DNA of 64,000 nucleotides. Source: Squalus acanthias. Lineage: Eukaryota. Under the pieces are notes generated by a model, which saw only the letters and a list, made by a program, of their open reading frames with translations, made no database searches and had not been told where the DNA came from. The position numbers and the translations under genes were made by a program. Where the stretch lies: NCBI GenBank assembly GCA_030390025.1, contig CM059431.1, positions 100,876,001-100,940,000 of the forward strand, written 5' to 3'. Positions 60,321-64,000 of the stretch are shown in pieces; position 1 is the stretch's first letter; the number at the start of each line of letters is the position of its first letter.

Positions 60321-62104
60321 ACAGGAAGGACGAAAATAGAGTGAAAAGTTGGGGGCGAAGAGGAACAAACACTTAAAGCACTGTCCTGCTTTCCAAAACC
60401 AGAGACAGAACTATTATCAGAAATGTACAATAATTAACAATTTCAAAAAAAAATCTTTTATCTATCAAGTAACACAGAGAGATGAAGTGACCCGTTGATA
60501 CACATCTGCATTAAGAAATGTATCATACTACCTGTGACTTGAGTACTGAAGATTATAATTTAATACTGTAATTGCACTACTGTAGGGGATTCTAAATGAC
60601 TAAAATACTTGTGATGTGAATTAATTGCACAATTTGGATCAGAAATTCATTATTATAAACCATAGCACTATAGAAATTATAACACACTGCAAAACGTGTA
60701 GATTGTAAACTCGCAAAACAATGAACACAAAAATTGAAATGGTCTCAAAATAGTTTTTATGATTCAATTTTGAGCTTGTTCTTTTAAGCGACTATGTATT
60801 TTAAGACATTTTGTTTGTGACACTCCCTAAAGCCCCAACTCAAGAGAGCAAACTAGTGCAATAAAAGTTAATACCCAGCGTGAAACAGCAACTCATTAAA
60901 AGCAAAGAATCACCAAAGTAATGCATTCACAATGGAAGGACAGACCAAAAATTTACTGAAATTATCTGGAGCACAAAAGAACGGCGAAGGAACTAATCAA
61001 AGTGTTCTCCCCAACACAAGGCCCGATTCAATGTCCCTGTCTTCATTAAATGGGATAAACCAGTGGCAAGTGGTTTCAATAACCCATCTCAAGAGCTATC
61101 CAAGTGCCACTTGTGCCTGTTTATTCCTTATGACCTCATTAGCAAGGATTTTCTGTCCGAGTCCAAATAGTTAAGTGTTAGTTGTGTTAAGTGCAACTTC
61201 TCTTAAGAGATGGACAATCTATAAACCAAACACAAGCAATCAGAGACAAAACAATTAAGGAAAAAAAAACTTTCACCTGAAACATGACATATGGCCAAAT
61301 GTGAGAAATCATTATAGATGGTAAACTAGGCAGGGGCTGTTAACTTAGCATTTTTATTGACTTTGAGATACAGAATAACCTGGCATATTATAGTGTGCAT
61401 TCTGCAGCAGACATTCAGTCCCTTTGGTCCCTATTGTACTACTTTGAAGGGAATAAAAAGAAACCCCACTGTTTGAAATCCAGCAGAACATCCCCACAAC
61501 ACAGCACAACTGTTCCCTCATGCATGAATGGGAGAGAGATAAAAGAAAAAATGGACTTCTGAGGTACCGGAAAAAACAAAGGCAACAAAAGTGCTGATCA
61601 TGAGGGAATGACACAACCCGTTGCTGGGGAAAGGGAGACAGAAAGAAGTTCAAACAATAGCACGGACAGCTAAGTGACATGTAGAAAAACTGTAAAAAAA
61701 AATACACAGAAGAAATGCTTCTTTTATTGTGGTATAACTTAATGGGAGCAATGCATGTCAAACTCAGTCAGTTTTGAAAAAAAAGAGTCAAATTTGTTAC
61801 TACAGTACTGACATAATAGTGTGCGGACATGCCTACAGCAAGCACAGTTCAAACAGCTCTAATCAAATCTTGCTGTACTATTCTGCAATACTCCATGAAC
61901 CCAATTTAGAATGATTCAACCACAAAACCAGTTCCCAATGGATGGTACGAGCTGCCCAACTGAGAGATCTTCGGCACTGAATAGTAAGCACTCAAGCTGC
62001 AAACACATTTTGCTCTTTCACTGCTTCCTAATCACTCGCTTCCATAAAAGGTAGTCTAATTAATGTTTATTCTAAAAACATAGGCGCATTAAAGCGTTGG
62101 TATG

Positions 62105-62227
62105 TTCATTCTGATGAAAGGTCATCGACCTGAAACGTTAACTCTGTTTCTCTCTCTCCACAGATGCTGCCCGAGTGTTTCCAGCATATTTCAGATTTCC
62201 AGCATCTGCAGTATTTTGCTATTGTTA
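62105..62227 (+). mobile_element. Penelope-like fragment (family B) with a hammerhead core at 62111-62141
   Basis: CTGATGA-A-AGGTC atc GACCT-GAA-ACGT-T-aa; stem I is only about 2 bp in this copy. The downstream sequence matches 12829-13009. Confidence 0.65.
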
Positions 62228-62317
62228 CTGTATATCTTTAGATGGTCCATACAGACCAGAAGGTCCTCAACAATTCCTGGTATGTGTTGAGTTAGTTGAT
62301 CTCAGCTGGGCTGGCAG

Positions 62318-62706
62318 TAAGAAAGACTTGCATTTACACAGCGCCTTTCACGACCTCAGAATGTCCAAAGCACTTTATAGCCAATGAAGCACTTTTTAGT
62401 TGTAGTCACTGTTGTAATGTAGGAAATGTAGCAGCCAATTTGCACACAGAAAGCTCCCCTAAACAGCAGTGTGATAATGGCCAGATAATCTGTTTTAGTG
62501 ATGTTGATTGAGGGATAAATATTGGCCAGGTCACCGGAGCGAACACCCCTGCTCTTCGAAATAGTGCCATGAGATCTTCTATGTCTATCTGAGAGGGCAG
62601 ATTAACGTCAGTTTAACGTCTCATCTGAAAGACTGCACCCTCCGACAGTGCAGCACTCCCTCAGTACTGGCACTGTGCTCAAGTCTCTGGACTGGGACTT
62701 GAACCT
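62318..62706 (-). mobile_element. Deu-domain SINE
   Basis: Core and tail match the family. Confidence 0.82.
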
Positions 62707-62754
62707 ATCTTTTCTTGTCTCCTATTGCCTTCTCTTTCTCATTCTTTTTCTGTT

Positions 62755-63180
62755 TTCAAAATTCTCATCTTTGTTTTCAAATCCCTCCATGGCCTCGCCC
62801 CTTCTTGTCTCTGTAATCTCCTTCAGCCCCACAACCGCCACCCACCCCGCCCCCCCGCCCCCCCGAGATATCTGAGCTCCTCTAATTCTGTCCTCTTGAG
62901 CATCTCTGATTATAATCGCTCCACCATTGGTGGCCGTGCCTTCTGTTGCCTAGGCCGTAAGCTCTGGAATTCCCTGCCTAAACCTCTCCGCCTCACTACC
63001 TCTCTTTCCTCCTTTAAGACGCTCCTTAAAACCTACCTCTTTGACCAAGCTTTTGGTCACCTGCCCTAATTTATCCTTATGTGGCTCGGTGTCAAATTTT
63101 AGTCTTAAAATACTCCTGTGCAGCGCCTTGGGACGTTTTACTACGTTAAAGGCGCTATATAAATACAAGTTGTTGTTGTT
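62755..63180 (+). mobile_element. L2 3' fragment
   Basis: ORF 62725-63069; tail agcgcctt...aaggcgctatataaatacaag(ttg)n. Confidence 0.87.
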
Positions 63181-63519
63181 CTATTTTTCTTGCTTCTGTC
63201 GAACTTTTCCTCTGAAATAATAACTCTAAAACCTTGCGTTTACCTTGCTTTTCCTTCTGACTGCCACCGTTCATTTCGGAGGTCGGAGTAGCTCCCAAAA
63301 ACTGGCCGTTCGTTGACTGAATCTGCATGCAAAAGCCACTTAACCTCTACTATATAAGGACATGTCAGATCAGAAAGAGCTGCCATATACTAATTGACCG
63401 TTCACTGAAGATTACAATCAGATAAATAAACAGAGGATTAAAATCAGAGTATGAATAGCTACCCAAAGGCATTCCGTTGAGAAAGTAACTGAGATTTAAT
63501 TTACTACTTTTGTAGGATT

Positions 63520-63930
63520 TTGCGTTTTCTTTTATTCACTCATGGGACGTGGGTGTCGCCGGCAAGGCCAGCATTTATTGCCCATTCCTAATTGCCCTCA
63601 AGAAGGTGGTGGTGAGCTGCCTTCTTGAATAAGTGGCTTCCTAGGCCATTTCAGAGGGCAGTTAAGAGTCAACCACTTTGCTGTGGGTCTGGAGTCACAT
63701 ATCGGCCAGACCGGTTAAAGGCGGCAGATTTCCTTCCCTAAACGACATTAGTGAACCAAATGGGTTTTTACAACAATCCGGTAGTTTCATGGTCACCATC
63801 ACTGATACTAGCTTTTTAAAATTCCAGATTTATTTAATTAACTGAATTTAAATTCCCCAGCTGCCGTGGTGGGATTTGAACTCATGTCTCCAGATCATTA
63901 GTCCAGGCCTCTGGATTACTAGTCCAGTAA
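63520..63930 (-). mobile_element. Second tRNA-derived SINE family
   Basis: The minus strand has a B-box-like gagttcaaatccc and an A-rich 3' end. A degenerate tail piece also lies at about 3130-3215. Confidence 0.6.
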
Positions 63931-64000
63931 AACAGGTTATTTTTTTATTTTCCTTCCCATTTCACAACTTATTTCTCCCTCTATAGGCTCTCCCAATGCC

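Noticed and set aside
33175..64000. CLYBL exon 1 and promoter
   Set aside because: I found no convincing ATG exon with a phase-2 donor or a non-repeat CpG island. It probably lies outside the window, though a short exon could have been missed.

Overview
Vertebrate genomic DNA, most likely a cartilaginous fish (shark), judged from the repeat families: Deu-domain tRNA-SINEs, CR1 and L2 LINEs, and Penelope-type elements. The only host gene I can support is CLYBL (citramalyl-CoA lyase, CitE family) on the minus strand. Seven coding exons (probable exons 2-8; 982 nt; all GT-AG and frame-consistent) run from 33174 down to the TGA stop at 15174. Exon 1 was not found, so 33175-64000 is presumably intron 1. 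About 13.6-27.1 kb is almost free of transposons and may carry cis-regulatory elements; in human, CLYBL lies next to ZIC5/ZIC2. The rest is dense, often nested repeat sequence: CR1, L2, RTE, SINEs, and Tc1/mariner-, hAT- and unclassified MITEs. The most notable signal is a set of short non-coding Penelope-like fold-back insertions with 12-14 bp target-site duplications. They carry minimal type I hammerhead ribozyme motifs, one of them in CLYBL sense orientation inside the presumed intron 1. Most entries in the ORF track are repeat fragments or low-complexity artefacts. Human comparisons are from memory, no database search was run, and repeat boundaries are approximate unless a TSD or TIR is quoted.
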